Source of the DNA: a virus
Taxonomy: Duplodnaviria > Heunggongvirae > Uroviricota > Caudoviricetes
Strand: one strand, 5' to 3'
Virus record (IMG/VR): IMGVR_UViG_3300024269_000002
Length of the DNA: 64,000 bases
Every line of letters starts with the position of its first letter. Position 1 is the first letter of the stretch. Position numbers and translations under genes: made by a program. Below, in pieces: positions 19,348 to 29,105 of this stretch. The notes beneath the pieces were generated by a model. The model made no database searches and had not been told where the DNA came from. It saw nothing but the letters and a program-made list of their open reading frames with translations.

Positions 19348-19614
19348 ATGAGTTGTTGTAGCACACATTGTGAGCGATACTGGATATGTGCCAGAGCGTA
19401 TGAATCCGGTTCTGCAGTTAACTGGCATGAGTATGGATTAGGCGGTTACATGGTTCCTTCTTTGAGCTACTGCGGTCCTGACGGTAGTTACGGACTGTTC
19501 CAACCAGCTGATCCTTCTATCCTAGAAAACAAGATAGCTGCATATCAAGTTGCTCTTGAAAGACTAAGAAATTTATTATCACAGGAGGAGAAAAATGAAG
19601 ACATCCAAGCCTAA
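19348..19614 (+). CDS. hypothetical protein
   Basis: GGAG RBS. Confidence 0.5.
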   Translation: MSCCSTHCERYWICARAYESGSAVNWHEYGLGGYMVPSLSYCGPDGSYGLFQPADPSILENKIAAYQVALERLRNLLSQEEKNEDIQA

Positions 19615-19780
19615 AGAATTGTACTGCTATGCTCGTGCTGCGGAATTGCAAGAACAATGTCACGAATCTTGGTCAAGATGTTACAAGAAGGCAGAAGAAG
19701 AGTACGATAGTCTCCGAAATCTGACAACTCCTGCTGATTATGATGATGACGTAAGTGATTTGGAGGGATACATTGAGTAA
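19595..19780 (+). CDS. hypothetical protein
   Basis: GGAGGAG RBS. Confidence 0.55.
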   Translation: MKTSKPKELYCYARAAELQEQCHESWSRCYKKAEEEYDSLRNLTTPADYDDDVSDLEGYIE

Positions 19781-20369
19781 CTTTTACATTGGAGATCCGC
19801 ATCTATTTCATTCTAATATTCTTCGTTATGATAACAGACCATTCAAGAACTCTGACATCATGAATGGAGTGATTATCCAGAATTGGAATGATGTTGTTAC
19901 TCCTGAAGACACTGTTTACATGGTGGGAGACGTTTCTTGGTCGTTTGATCCACAAGTAAACAGATCAATCTTGAAATCTCTGAATGGTCACAAAATCTTG
20001 ATTAGGGGAAATCACGATGCTCCTATGAGAGATGTTCGTGATTGTTTTGACAAGGTTGTTGACTATCTGGAAATCACTGATAATGGAGTGAAGGTTATTC
20101 TATTCCATTATCCTATCCTGTTCTGGAATGGTCAGTTCCATGACAGTGTTCATATATATGCTCATGTACATAATTCTCATCAGTGGAATATGATGGAGGC
20201 GTACATGAAAGAAGCTCGTGCTTTACAAGCACTTCCTATGAGAGCATATAATGTTGGCTGTATGATGCCGTGGATGAACTACACACCTAGAACTCTAAAA
20301 CAAATCATTGATGGATATTCCGTTGCTCCTAACATTGATCTAAGAGGTGATAACAGTGGGAAAAGTTAA
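19755..20369 (+). CDS. calcineurin-like phosphoesterase
   Basis: GDPHLFH, VGD, RGNHD, FHYP and AHVH motifs; start uncertain. Confidence 0.85.
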   Translation: MIWRDTLSNFYIGDPHLFHSNILRYDNRPFKNSDIMNGVIIQNWNDVVTPEDTVYMVGDVSWSFDPQVNRSILKSLNGHKILIRGNHDAPMRDVRDCFDKVVDYLEITDNGVKVILFHYPILFWNGQFHDSVHIYAHVHNSHQWNMMEAYMKEARALQALPMRAYNVGCMMPWMNYTPRTLKQIIDGYSVAPNIDLRGDNSGKS

Positions 20370-20712
20370 GGAACAACTACTTGATAACCTCGAGTGCGGA
20401 TGGTTGGCTCCTGATGGTTCTTTCTGGCCCTGTGAAACTTGCGAACATGTTTCTGTTGCAAGAATGCTATGCGACAAGTTTGAATACAACATCTGGGAGT
20501 ATCGAGGACAAGCGGACGACACACTTCTGCATCGTGGTTGGATTCATATTACGCTCTCAGAGTGGGACAAGGAGTGGCGAGTTGACTGGAAGTGGACTCA
20601 TAAAATTACTTATCCGCAAGTTCAGTTCCTCAAGCCCTACTTCGAAGACATCCACCCTGTTAACGATCTTGTTAAACATAGATGGGAGAGAGAAGTTGAA
20701 GAATTATACTGA
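20347..20712 (+). CDS. hypothetical protein (GWLAPDG...H...GWI motif)
   Basis: Motif shared with 15384..15920. Confidence 0.6.
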   Translation: MITVGKVKEQLLDNLECGWLAPDGSFWPCETCEHVSVARMLCDKFEYNIWEYRGQADDTLLHRGWIHITLSEWDKEWRVDWKWTHKITYPQVQFLKPYFEDIHPVNDLVKHRWEREVEELY

Positions 20713-21121
20713 ACAAGAAATTGAAAACGCCTTGCAGATTCTTGACTACTACAAAGGATGTGCTGGAGGAGACGCCAAGCCATCAATTGAAAAATCAATC
20801 GAAATTGCAAGACACTGTATCAGAATGAGAAACACTCCTAGATGGATTGACGCTAAAGAGTCACTGCCTGAAAAACAAGGATACGGAAATTTTGTAAAGT
20901 GCAATGTAATTGTAGTTCATTGTCAAACAAGCTGGAGTTTCACCGAGCCTCCTGAAACATTTGAAAAAGAAATTGTTTATTCAGCGCTGTTTGACATCGA
21001 GCAAAAAATCTGGCATATTCAAGAAGAACATCTATTCCTGAATGCTCTAATTGATCCTGAGGATCTTCCCGCTGACTCTGACTACGTCAGCTTCTGGATG
21101 TATGCTCCTTCAATCGAATAA
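20693..21121 (+). CDS. hypothetical protein
   Basis: 3' part of ORF 20381..21121; start approximate. Confidence 0.5.
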   Translation, partial: KLKNYTEQEIENALQILDYYKGCAGGDAKPSIEKSIEIARHCIRMRNTPRWIDAKESLPEKQGYGNFVKCNVIVVHCQTSWSFTEPPETFEKEIVYSALFDIEQKIWHIQEEHLFLNALIDPEDLPADSDYVSFWMYAPSIE

Positions 21122-21125
21122 ATTC

Positions 21126-21155
21126 AATGAGCAGCTGTAACAAGCTGCTCATTTT
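21126..21155 (+). terminator. intrinsic terminator
   Basis: aatgagcagct/agctgctcatt hairpin plus T tract. Confidence 0.75.
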
Positions 21156-21157
21156 AG

Positions 21158-21186
21158 TTGATCAACAAACTGTTATCAATTATAAT
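21158..21186 (+). promoter_or_regulatory. sigmaA-like promoter with AACTGTT
   Basis: TTGATC-N17-TATAAT. Confidence 0.7.
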
Positions 21187-21219
21187 ATAGTTATAGAATA
21201 AAACTGGAGCGTGATCTTT

Positions 21220-21585
21220 ATGATGAAGCAAGAGTTTGAACAACTGATAGGTAAAGTAGTTGAATGGAATGTTTTCAAAATGTACGAATCAATGTACATG
21301 GCAACTGATCTGTCCAAGCAAGAATTTGTCAATCTATTGAATATTAAAGCCATTCCCGAGGATCCGGCGGTTGTTGCAGCTCGTGAAGAAAACGAGCGAA
21401 GAAAACTTGAGTACAAAGCTCAGTTAAGGGCGTTGCAGACTATTCGCGATAATCATTTAGACAACTACAGAAGAAACATGAAAACCGGATTAACAGTTTT
21501 TGCACAATCTGAAAGATATCAAGCACAAGAGTGTGACAGAGCAATCAGAGAGTTAAGATGGTTCATTAAAACTTGTACGACATAG
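21220..21585 (+). CDS. hypothetical protein
   Basis: ORF after promoter and GGAG. Confidence 0.65.
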   Translation: MMKQEFEQLIGKVVEWNVFKMYESMYMATDLSKQEFVNLLNIKAIPEDPAVVAAREENERRKLEYKAQLRALQTIRDNHLDNYRRNMKTGLTVFAQSERYQAQECDRAIRELRWFIKTCTT

Positions 21586-21594
21586 GAGATTTAC

Positions 21595-22596
21595 ATGGCT
21601 GAAATTACTTATGGTGGCTGGTCCCTCTTTGACAAGGTAACGATTGTTGAGAAGTGGGGCAACTGGGGCGGTAAGATGGCGATGCCTCAGGGATATGTTT
21701 GTGACAGCAACAACAAGAAGATGTTGGAAGCTGCAAAGGGTTGGGCTCGATGGTGGGAATACCCTGTAGATGAAAATGGGAAAAAGAACTGGGAAAACCG
21801 AATCGAGCATGAAGGAATTTGTCATGAATTTGATAATTCCGGCTTCGTTCTCGAACTTCTTGATTGCGCTCAAGACAGCAGTCAAGGTGGTAAACTGAGC
21901 TTCTGGAATTGTAGAATCACCAAGGGTGAGCAATCTTGGAAGATCGGTATTGCTGCTGATCTGCTTCTTGATGTTCTGAAGAACACAACTTTTATCAACG
22001 GGGTGTGTACGGAACCGCTGTTCTTTGCTAGAAAGAGTGGCAAGGTTGGTTTGCTGTGTAAGGGTATGGATGCTTATAAGCAAGCTACAAAGGATGTACA
22101 GAGAAAAGCAGATGTTCGTCAGGGCAAGACAAAGAAGTATGTTGAAGGGCAGACGTATGAAACTTTGACTCTGAACAATGTTTATCTTGGCTGCTTCTAT
22201 CAGTGGTTTACTTGGGAGGATGAGTATAACTACTGGAATCATAGATATGACAAGAAAATTGTCAAGAAGCTTGATAAGCCTCAGAAAGTTTACTGGCTTC
22301 CCTCCTATGAAGCGGAACGCACAAAGAGGACTGACTATCAAATCAAAGCTTGGGACTTCGCTGACAACTGTCCAGCTCGTAAGCCAGGACTGTCAACCGT
22401 TGAAGTAGATGGTTCTCTTGATGAGTTGTTAACTGCTAGAAGGGACGAGCTGGTATACAACCTTCCTAAGCAGAAGACTCCTTACCACTTCTATCTTGAT
22501 AGAACATGGTTCTTAAGTACCAGCAAAGATGAGTGGATCTGGCCTGATGGAATGAAGGAGGCTCTCATTGCTAACGGTTGGACAATTGAGGAGTAA
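21595..22596 (+). CDS. hypothetical protein
   Basis: 333-aa ORF with AGGAG RBS. Confidence 0.75.
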   Translation: MAEITYGGWSLFDKVTIVEKWGNWGGKMAMPQGYVCDSNNKKMLEAAKGWARWWEYPVDENGKKNWENRIEHEGICHEFDNSGFVLELLDCAQDSSQGGKLSFWNCRITKGEQSWKIGIAADLLLDVLKNTTFINGVCTEPLFFARKSGKVGLLCKGMDAYKQATKDVQRKADVRQGKTKKYVEGQTYETLTLNNVYLGCFYQWFTWEDEYNYWNHRYDKKIVKKLDKPQKVYWLPSYEAERTKRTDYQIKAWDFADNCPARKPGLSTVEVDGSLDELLTARRDELVYNLPKQKTPYHFYLDRTWFLSTSKDEWIWPDGMKEALIANGWTIEE

Positions 22597-22601
22597 TCAA
22601 G

Positions 22602-22630
22602 TTGATTAAATAACAGTTTTTTATTATAAT
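22602..22630 (+). promoter_or_regulatory. sigmaA-like promoter with AACAGTT
   Basis: TTGATT-N17-TATAAT followed by GTAAATAA. Confidence 0.75.
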
Positions 22631-22665
22631 AATGTTGTAAATAATAAACGATGGAGGACATTGTT

Positions 22666-23403
22666 ATGGAAACTAAGTTGATTGCTCTTCGCGCTGATCG
22701 GGATATGGTTAAGGCTGTTGTTCGTGAAGAACACGTTAAGCTTCTGAATGAACTGACTCAGTTCGTGCAGACTGAGATTGTTGAGCCTACTGGCGCACAT
22801 CTTTCTCGTCTGACTTTCCGGAATGGCTTCCACGATGATATCGAAGTCACATTTGAGCTTGGTTTCCTGAACGCCGAAGGTAAGGAAGATTTCGGCTCTG
22901 ATTGCTGGTTTGAGTATAACCGCAAGGGCCTGAACATCAATCATGGCACAATCGGCTCCTGGACGAAGGACAATGTCTTCCAGATTCGTAGAATCAAGAT
23001 GCTGAGTTATGTCAGTGACATTCTGCCTCAGCTGGAAGTGAAGTTCAAAGAGATTCTGGACAAGCACCAGCTCTATATTAACAAACAGAGTGAGCTCTGG
23101 TCCATTGAATCTGAAATTTCTCAGCTCGAGAATGCAATCAAGAGAGCTGAAACCGATAAGAAGATGAATACCATTCAGATTGGTAGCCTCATGTGCTATC
23201 CTGAAAAGTTCCACCCTTCCAATCGGCTGTTCTCTACCAATTCCTACTGCAAGAAAGATGATCTGTGGAAGGTGGATAAGATGGGCGAAAAGACTATCAC
23301 TCTGATTTCTCTGAAGAGTGGTGTCTCTCGTCGTGTTCCCAGATCTGATATTCATCAGCACATCCAGAATGCAGGCTTGGAAATTATCAACGAGGAAATT
23401 TGA
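22666..23403 (+). CDS. hypothetical protein
   Basis: GGAGG RBS before ATG 22666. Confidence 0.7.
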   Translation: METKLIALRADRDMVKAVVREEHVKLLNELTQFVQTEIVEPTGAHLSRLTFRNGFHDDIEVTFELGFLNAEGKEDFGSDCWFEYNRKGLNINHGTIGSWTKDNVFQIRRIKMLSYVSDILPQLEVKFKEILDKHQLYINKQSELWSIESEISQLENAIKRAETDKKMNTIQIGSLMCYPEKFHPSNRLFSTNSYCKKDDLWKVDKMGEKTITLISLKSGVSRRVPRSDIHQHIQNAGLEIINEEI

Positions 23404-24791
23404 TGAAACATGATGTAATCATTGTTGGAGCAGGTCCTGCAGGTATCTTCACAGCATATGAGCTGCTCCAACACAATCCTAAGCTGAATATCCTCATGTT
23501 TGAAAAAGGACATGAGATGCAGTATCGAAAATGCCCAAAGCACAAAACAGGTAAATGCGTAAAGTGTGAACCATGTAACATAACAACAGGATTTAGTGGT
23601 GCGGGAGCTTTCAGTGATGGTAAGCTTTCTTTGAGTCCTGAAGTAGGAGGAGATTTTCCTCAGCTTGTAGGCACCAGTACTGTGGAAGGCTTGATTGCTT
23701 ATACCGACGATATCTACCTCAACTTTGGTGCTGACACAAAAATTGAGGGAATTGAACATCGAGATGAAATCTGGGATATCCGTAAGAGAGCAATCAATGC
23801 AGGACTGAAGCTTGTTGACTGCCCCATTCGGCATCTTGGAACAGAAGCTGCCCAAGTTGTCTACGGACGGCTTGAGAATTATCTGATGAAACATGGTGTT
23901 GGCATTTTGTTTAACAAAACTGTCATTGACATCATTGTTGAAGATGATACTTGTGTTGGTGTTATGGTTAAGAATGAGGATGTTACCGAGTACTTCTATG
24001 CAGACAAGATTGTTGTTGCTGCAGGCAGACGCGGTGCTGAATGGCTTTTCAATGTTTGTAACAAGTATCATATTGAGCGCCAGCCCGGTACTGTAGACAT
24101 CGGTGTTCGTGTTGAGTGTCGTAATGAAATCATGGATGAAATCAACAAGGCTATCTATGAAGGAAAATTCATCGGATACCCTCAACCTTTCAAGAACAAG
24201 GTTCGCACTTTCTGCCAGAATCCAGGCGGAGTTGTGTCCGAAGAAAGATACGATGAAGGCTTGAGCACTGTAAATGGTCATTCGTACAAGAATACAAAAA
24301 CTGACAATACCAATTTCTCTATTCTGTGCTCTCACAACTTCAGTGTACCATTTGATGATCCGATTGCGTATGCTAAGATGGTTGGAAAACTCACCAACAT
24401 GTTAGCTGATAATCATATCCTTGTTCAGCGATTCGGAGACATCATTGATGGTAAGCGAACATGGCAAGATGAGCTCGATCGTGGCAACTTGAAACCTACG
24501 CTACCTGATGCTGTTGCGGGCGACATAACTGCATCTATTCCGTATAGAACGATGACCAATATCATTAACTTTATCTATGCTCTGGATAAAGTAATTCCTG
24601 GTATTGCTTCGTCAGAAACTCTTCTATACGCTCCTGAGCTGAAGTTCTATTCTAACAAAGTAACTATGGATAAACAGCTCAATACCAGTTTGAAGAATCT
24701 TCACTGTTTGGGTGATTCTTCAGGTTGGACACGAGGTCTTATGATGGCATCTGTTATGGGTGTTTACATGGCTCGTCAATTAGTTGAATAA
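23403..24791 (+). CDS. FAD/NAD(P)-dependent oxidoreductase
   Basis: VIIVGAGPAG Rossmann motif, GAGAFSDGKL, C-terminal GDSSG. Confidence 0.85.
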   Translation: MKHDVIIVGAGPAGIFTAYELLQHNPKLNILMFEKGHEMQYRKCPKHKTGKCVKCEPCNITTGFSGAGAFSDGKLSLSPEVGGDFPQLVGTSTVEGLIAYTDDIYLNFGADTKIEGIEHRDEIWDIRKRAINAGLKLVDCPIRHLGTEAAQVVYGRLENYLMKHGVGILFNKTVIDIIVEDDTCVGVMVKNEDVTEYFYADKIVVAAGRRGAEWLFNVCNKYHIERQPGTVDIGVRVECRNEIMDEINKAIYEGKFIGYPQPFKNKVRTFCQNPGGVVSEERYDEGLSTVNGHSYKNTKTDNTNFSILCSHNFSVPFDDPIAYAKMVGKLTNMLADNHILVQRFGDIIDGKRTWQDELDRGNLKPTLPDAVAGDITASIPYRTMTNIINFIYALDKVIPGIASSETLLYAPELKFYSNKVTMDKQLNTSLKNLHCLGDSSGWTRGLMMASVMGVYMARQLVE

Positions 24792-24868
24792 TCTTCGGAT
24801 ATTCTATATAATAAAAACAAAGTTACTCAAGTAATACAGAGTAACAAAAACTAAGGAGGAAACTACAT

Positions 24869-25126
24869 ATGTCCTATTCTGTTACCAAGAAGCCTGCTGA
24901 TGTTCTCGATACCTTCTCTTCCGGTGTTCGACAGAAGTACCCTGGTGAGCCTGTTGAAGCAATGCTGAAGAGATTCAAGAAGTCTGTTCAGAACGAAGGC
25001 ATCATGCAGGAGCTGCGCAAGCGTGAGTATTATGTTGCTCCCAGTTTGAAGGCAAGACTGAAGCATCAGGCTGCTGTTCGTGCAATTCGTCGTAAGATGA
25101 AGAAGGCACAGGCAAAGATGTATTGA
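24869..25126 (+). CDS. rpsU: ribosomal protein bS21
   Basis: GEPVEAMLKRFKK...GIMQELRKREYYVAPS matches the S21 signature. Confidence 0.85.
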   Translation: MSYSVTKKPADVLDTFSSGVRQKYPGEPVEAMLKRFKKSVQNEGIMQELRKREYYVAPSLKARLKHQAAVRAIRRKMKKAQAKMY

Positions 25127-25323
25127 TGCTGAAACCAATCTTCAGTACGGTACATGATGCCGTAACGGACAAGTCAATGCTTGTTCGTGTAGATCTGATT
25201 CAAAAGATCTGGGAAAGTGAACTGAATGGAAAATCTGTGAGAGTTATTCAGTTTACTAACGGTGACATCGAGTATGTTCACAACTCACTCGAAGCTCTAT
25301 CATACGAGTTTAAGACTCTGTAA
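25126..25323 (+). CDS. hypothetical protein
   Basis: Translationally coupled to rpsU. Confidence 0.55.
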   Translation: MLKPIFSTVHDAVTDKSMLVRVDLIQKIWESELNGKSVRVIQFTNGDIEYVHNSLEALSYEFKTL

Positions 25324-25361
25324 GAGCTTACAAAATTCATAACAAAAGAGGTGATGTTTCC

Positions 25362-25757
25362 TTGGAGCGGACTGATCTTAATTATGTTACGCGATGCTTT
25401 CGATGGCTCGCGAATGAGCTTGTAGTTCCATATATGGACAATGCTCTTCCTGCTCCACTGAAAAATAAAGTTGATACATTCTATGAATCCATTCGTAGCA
25501 CAGTTGACTGGGACTCGTTGACTCGAGAAGACTGCTTGTGGTTAGGATTCATGAATAGCCAGCGTGATATGCTATCAGCTCAAGGAGTAATTCAAGAGCT
25601 GTGGCTTATCCCACAATGGCTCATTCCGATTATTCCTGAGGGCATGTACGTGGAGGATGTACATGGTAATAGATTTCAATATCATGCAAAGGTGTGTGAC
25701 AAAACTACACAATTTGGAGTTCTTGGCTACGGACTTGTTCTCGATGTTACGGAATAA
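25362..25757 (+). CDS. hypothetical protein
   Basis: GAGGTG RBS, TTG start. Confidence 0.55.
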   Translation: MERTDLNYVTRCFRWLANELVVPYMDNALPAPLKNKVDTFYESIRSTVDWDSLTREDCLWLGFMNSQRDMLSAQGVIQELWLIPQWLIPIIPEGMYVEDVHGNRFQYHAKVCDKTTQFGVLGYGLVLDVTE

Positions 25758-25764
25758 ATTTACT

Positions 25765-25794
25765 AAGGGCTTGATCTAACAGTCAAGCCCTTTT
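25765..25794 (+). terminator. intrinsic terminator
   Basis: aagggcttga/tcaagccctt hairpin plus T tract. Confidence 0.7.
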
Positions 25795-25823
25795 GTTTAC
25801 AATAAACAGATTGGAGAAACTTG

Positions 25824-26234
25824 ATGGCAAAGAAGCCACGCAAGAAGAGCTCGTCAGAGGTTATCTGCGAGTTTCTTAATTTCATGAGAACAATACAAAC
25901 AGAGTATGAAGCGGAATATGCAGCTGTTGGGGAATGCGACAATGAAACTTCAGATCTGTTACATCAGATTGAGCTAGGCTCTTACGCTGATAGAAGAAGG
26001 TTCTCAACACAGCTTGCTCATTGTCGCCAGAGACGGCGTGAACATAAAGATTACACCGATGTACATTACAAGTTATATGAGTACTTCAAGAAGGACAAAG
26101 ATGCTATAGCCTTCTATAGGAGAATGGAACAACTACTAGGCGATGTGAGAAAAGCAGAAAAGAACATTGAGAGTACAAGATCATACTACCCTCGAGTTCG
26201 AAAAGATCTAACTATCAGAACCAAGGAGAGCTGA
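25824..26234 (+). CDS. hypothetical protein
   Basis: GGAG RBS; DLLHQIE...RRREHKD. Confidence 0.65.
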   Translation: MAKKPRKKSSSEVICEFLNFMRTIQTEYEAEYAAVGECDNETSDLLHQIELGSYADRRRFSTQLAHCRQRRREHKDYTDVHYKLYEYFKKDKDAIAFYRRMEQLLGDVRKAEKNIESTRSYYPRVRKDLTIRTKES

Positions 26235-26235
26235 A

Positions 26236-26649
26236 ATGGCAAAGATCGTCTACAAAGTAGCTCCTCGATGCGGAGGCAAGACTGTTTGGCTGTGCGAGCG
26301 AGCAAAAGAAGAACTGAAAGCAGGTAAGTCACTGTTTTATTTCACCAACAGTGAAAGAATGAGACATTTCCACAGCTTCAAAGAAAAATATGAATACTTC
26401 TGTAACGGAGTATGTGTAATTGATGCTGTTATGTCTGTTGAAGATATTCCTGTGGAAGCACTTAACAATGCTGTAGTGCTCGTGGATAACTTCATGGAAT
26501 ACATGGATGGTTCACAGTTTGTACATAAACTGAAAGAAAATGATCAGGTTACAATCTATATCACACTGAATGATGATTGTGTTCCTGCTCAAGATAAAAT
26601 TGAAGAGCTTCCCGACGCACAAGATTGGGAACAGCTCACATTATTCTAA
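26236..26649 (+). CDS. hypothetical protein with P-loop-like motif
   Basis: APRCGGKT and VVLVDN. Confidence 0.55.
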   Translation: MAKIVYKVAPRCGGKTVWLCERAKEELKAGKSLFYFTNSERMRHFHSFKEKYEYFCNGVCVIDAVMSVEDIPVEALNNAVVLVDNFMEYMDGSQFVHKLKENDQVTIYITLNDDCVPAQDKIEELPDAQDWEQLTLF

Positions 26650-26690
26650 ACAGAAAGGTGGGGATATTCCCTGATGGACGTTAAGCACTA

Positions 26691-27356
26691 ATGAAAGTCG
26701 AATTACTTAGCTACACTACAAACCCTGTAGGAGCAATCGAAGCAGCTGCAAGTACATGTTATGACAGCGAGCCTACTCAAGGAAAAATCATGAACCACTG
26801 CTATAAGAGTGGACATCATAGCGTACTTGAGTTTGCTGATTTTACATTCCGTATCACTGGTGTGAGTAGAGCACTGACACATCAGTTAGTAAGACACCGT
26901 CTGGCAAGCTATGCTCAAAGAAGTCAGCGTTACTGCGATGAGGCTGGATTTGAATTCGTCATTCCTCCTACAATTGAAAAGAATCCCGAAGCACTCGAAG
27001 CATTTGTTGATCTGATGAACAAGATCGAGGATGTGTACAAGATGTTGAGACAGATGGGTGTTGCTCCTGAGGATGCAAGATTCACACTGCCGAATGCATG
27101 TTGTACCGAAATCTGTGTGAAGATGAATTTGAGAACATTCATCAATTTCTGCAATGAGCGTCTATGTTCTTGTGCACAGTGGGAGATTCGTAAACTGGCA
27201 AGATTGATGGTCGAAGCTGTATTGGCTGTCGCGCCCGAGCTCAAGCATCTGCTTGTTCCCAAGTGTGAACGAAATGCCCCTTACTGTTTCTGCAATGAAA
27301 CAAAGAAGCGTTCTTGTGGTAAACATCCGCTCTTATCAGAAGTTATTCAACAGTAA
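26691..27356 (+). CDS. thyX: FAD-dependent thymidylate synthase
   Basis: GHHSVLEF, VSRALTHQLVRHR...SQRY, EDARF and AQWEIR motifs. Confidence 0.95.
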   Translation: MKVELLSYTTNPVGAIEAAASTCYDSEPTQGKIMNHCYKSGHHSVLEFADFTFRITGVSRALTHQLVRHRLASYAQRSQRYCDEAGFEFVIPPTIEKNPEALEAFVDLMNKIEDVYKMLRQMGVAPEDARFTLPNACCTEICVKMNLRTFINFCNERLCSCAQWEIRKLARLMVEAVLAVAPELKHLLVPKCERNAPYCFCNETKKRSCGKHPLLSEVIQQ

Positions 27357-27370
27357 GATAATACAAAACA

Positions 27371-27406
27371 AAGAGCTGCGGGAGGAGCATTCTCGCAGCT
27401 CTTTTT
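27371..27406 (+). terminator. intrinsic terminator
   Basis: aagagctgcggga/tctcgcagctctt hairpin plus T tract. Confidence 0.75.
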
Positions 27407-27408
27407 AG

Positions 27409-27534
27409 TTGATAGTACAACCATTCAACTATATAATATGTATATACCTCAATGATAAACAAGCTGATACATACATAACGAAATAAACAAACAGTTTGTT
27501 TATAGTTGATAAACTTCGCGTTTCATATTATAAT
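27409..27534 (+). promoter_or_regulatory. two tandem sigmaA-like promoters
   Basis: TTGATA-N17-TATAAT at 27409-27437 and at 27506-27534. Confidence 0.7.
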
Positions 27535-27574
27535 GTAAGTGTAAAAAATAAATAAATAGAGCGAGGTAATACAT

Positions 27575-27868
27575 ATGACAAACTTATCTGAGCGCACTGG
27601 AGCTTTTTCCGCAGCCCTTGTTTCTCGTCAGGATGAACTCAATGCTTGCACTACTGCACAGCAAGTTCGCGATCTGGTTGCGAACATCATCAAGACCGAT
27701 TCCTCTCTTAAGAAGTCTGCTGTCGAATATGGCAACAAGATTCTGGTTAAGCTCAGTAAGGTTCGCGATCTGAGCACTGCATGGCAGATCGTGTACAATG
27801 TTATCCTCGCTGGTGACAACTGCGGCTGCTTCTGGTCTTCTGCAGCAGCTCAGAGAAAGAGAGCATGA
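27575..27868 (+). CDS. hypothetical protein
   Basis: GAGG RBS. Confidence 0.65.
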   Translation: MTNLSERTGAFSAALVSRQDELNACTTAQQVRDLVANIIKTDSSLKKSAVEYGNKILVKLSKVRDLSTAWQIVYNVILAGDNCGCFWSSAAAQRKRA

Positions 27869-28251
27869 TGTACGCTGGTTACTTACTTGACTGGGGTGAG
27901 GAAGTTACACAATACTTTCAAACCTCAGACTGGACACATTTTCATGACATAGAAGGTACTCCGATTGATTCTGAAGTACTTCAGCGCTGGGCGTTGTGGC
28001 TTAACAGCCCGTGGTCCTATGCACATGAGAAGTATCATATTGAGTTCAATCTGAACTTGAGGGACGATTACAGCGTGGCAGATAATTTCAAAGAGTATCC
28101 CTGGAGATGCTATCTTGAAGTTGTTGGCTATGATGGAGCTTGTGGCTCAATATATGGCTACGGAAAAACTCCTGAAGAAGCTATGCTACACTGTAAAGCA
28201 CATAACATGTACATTCAATCCGTGTACAATCCCGAAAATCATTCAGTTTAG
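27865..28251 (+). CDS. hypothetical protein
   Basis: ATGA overlap with previous gene. Confidence 0.6.
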   Translation: MMYAGYLLDWGEEVTQYFQTSDWTHFHDIEGTPIDSEVLQRWALWLNSPWSYAHEKYHIEFNLNLRDDYSVADNFKEYPWRCYLEVVGYDGACGSIYGYGKTPEEAMLHCKAHNMYIQSVYNPENHSV

Positions 28252-28268
28252 AAAAGAGGTGAAAAGAT

Positions 28269-29096
28269 ATGGCTTTCAAAGATCCTCTTGGCGATAGAAT
28301 GAAAGGTAACTACGAGAACCGCGCCAAGATGTATTTAACTCGTAGAACTCCCGTTATCATCCGTATTGATGGTAAAGCATTCCACACATTCACGCGTGGA
28401 TTCTGCAGACCTTATGACAGAGTATTCCACAACTCAATGAATGCAACTCTTGAATATCTTTGCAAGAATATTCAGGGTTGTAAATTTGGCTGTACTCAAT
28501 CTGATGAAATCACACTTGTTCTCACTGATTATGATAAACTAACTACCGACGGTTGGTTTAATTACAGTGTACAGAAGATGTGCTCCATCGCAGCAAGTAT
28601 GGCAACATTGATCTTCAATAGGACATTCTTGAATGAGTGTTCTAACTGGTGTGATACCAGTGAGTTCTTCCGTATGGACGAAACAGAACGAGACGGTGTC
28701 TCTACAAAAGAATTCAATGAGCTGTTTCAAGCATATAGTAGAGCTGCAGAAAGAGGCGCAATGTTTGATGCAAGATGCTTCAACATTCCTGAGGATGAAG
28801 TTGCAAACTGTATCATCTGGAGACAGAATGATGCAACCCGTAATGCAATTCAGATGTTGGGACAGACATATTTCAGTCACAAGGAACTGGATTCAAAGTC
28901 TCAGAGCGATATTCAGGATATGTTGATGGAGGTGCACCAGATCAACTTCAACGATATGCCTGTTGAATTCAAGAGAGGCATCTGCTGCTATCGTGATGAA
29001 GATGGCAAGTGGATCTTGGACAAGGATTGTCCTATCATAAGTCAAGATCGTGACTATGTTGAAAGACATGTGTTCACGAAAGAATACAAAGATTAA
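28269..29096 (+). CDS. Thg1-like protein (tRNA-His guanylyltransferase / 3'-5' polymerase)
   Basis: IRIDGKAFHTFT, QSDEI, FDARCF and WRQNDATRN motifs. Confidence 0.92.
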   Translation: MAFKDPLGDRMKGNYENRAKMYLTRRTPVIIRIDGKAFHTFTRGFCRPYDRVFHNSMNATLEYLCKNIQGCKFGCTQSDEITLVLTDYDKLTTDGWFNYSVQKMCSIAASMATLIFNRTFLNECSNWCDTSEFFRMDETERDGVSTKEFNELFQAYSRAAERGAMFDARCFNIPEDEVANCIIWRQNDATRNAIQMLGQTYFSHKELDSKSQSDIQDMLMEVHQINFNDMPVEFKRGICCYRDEDGKWILDKDCPIISQDRDYVERHVFTKEYKD

Positions 29097-29105
29097 CAAA
29101 GGAGA

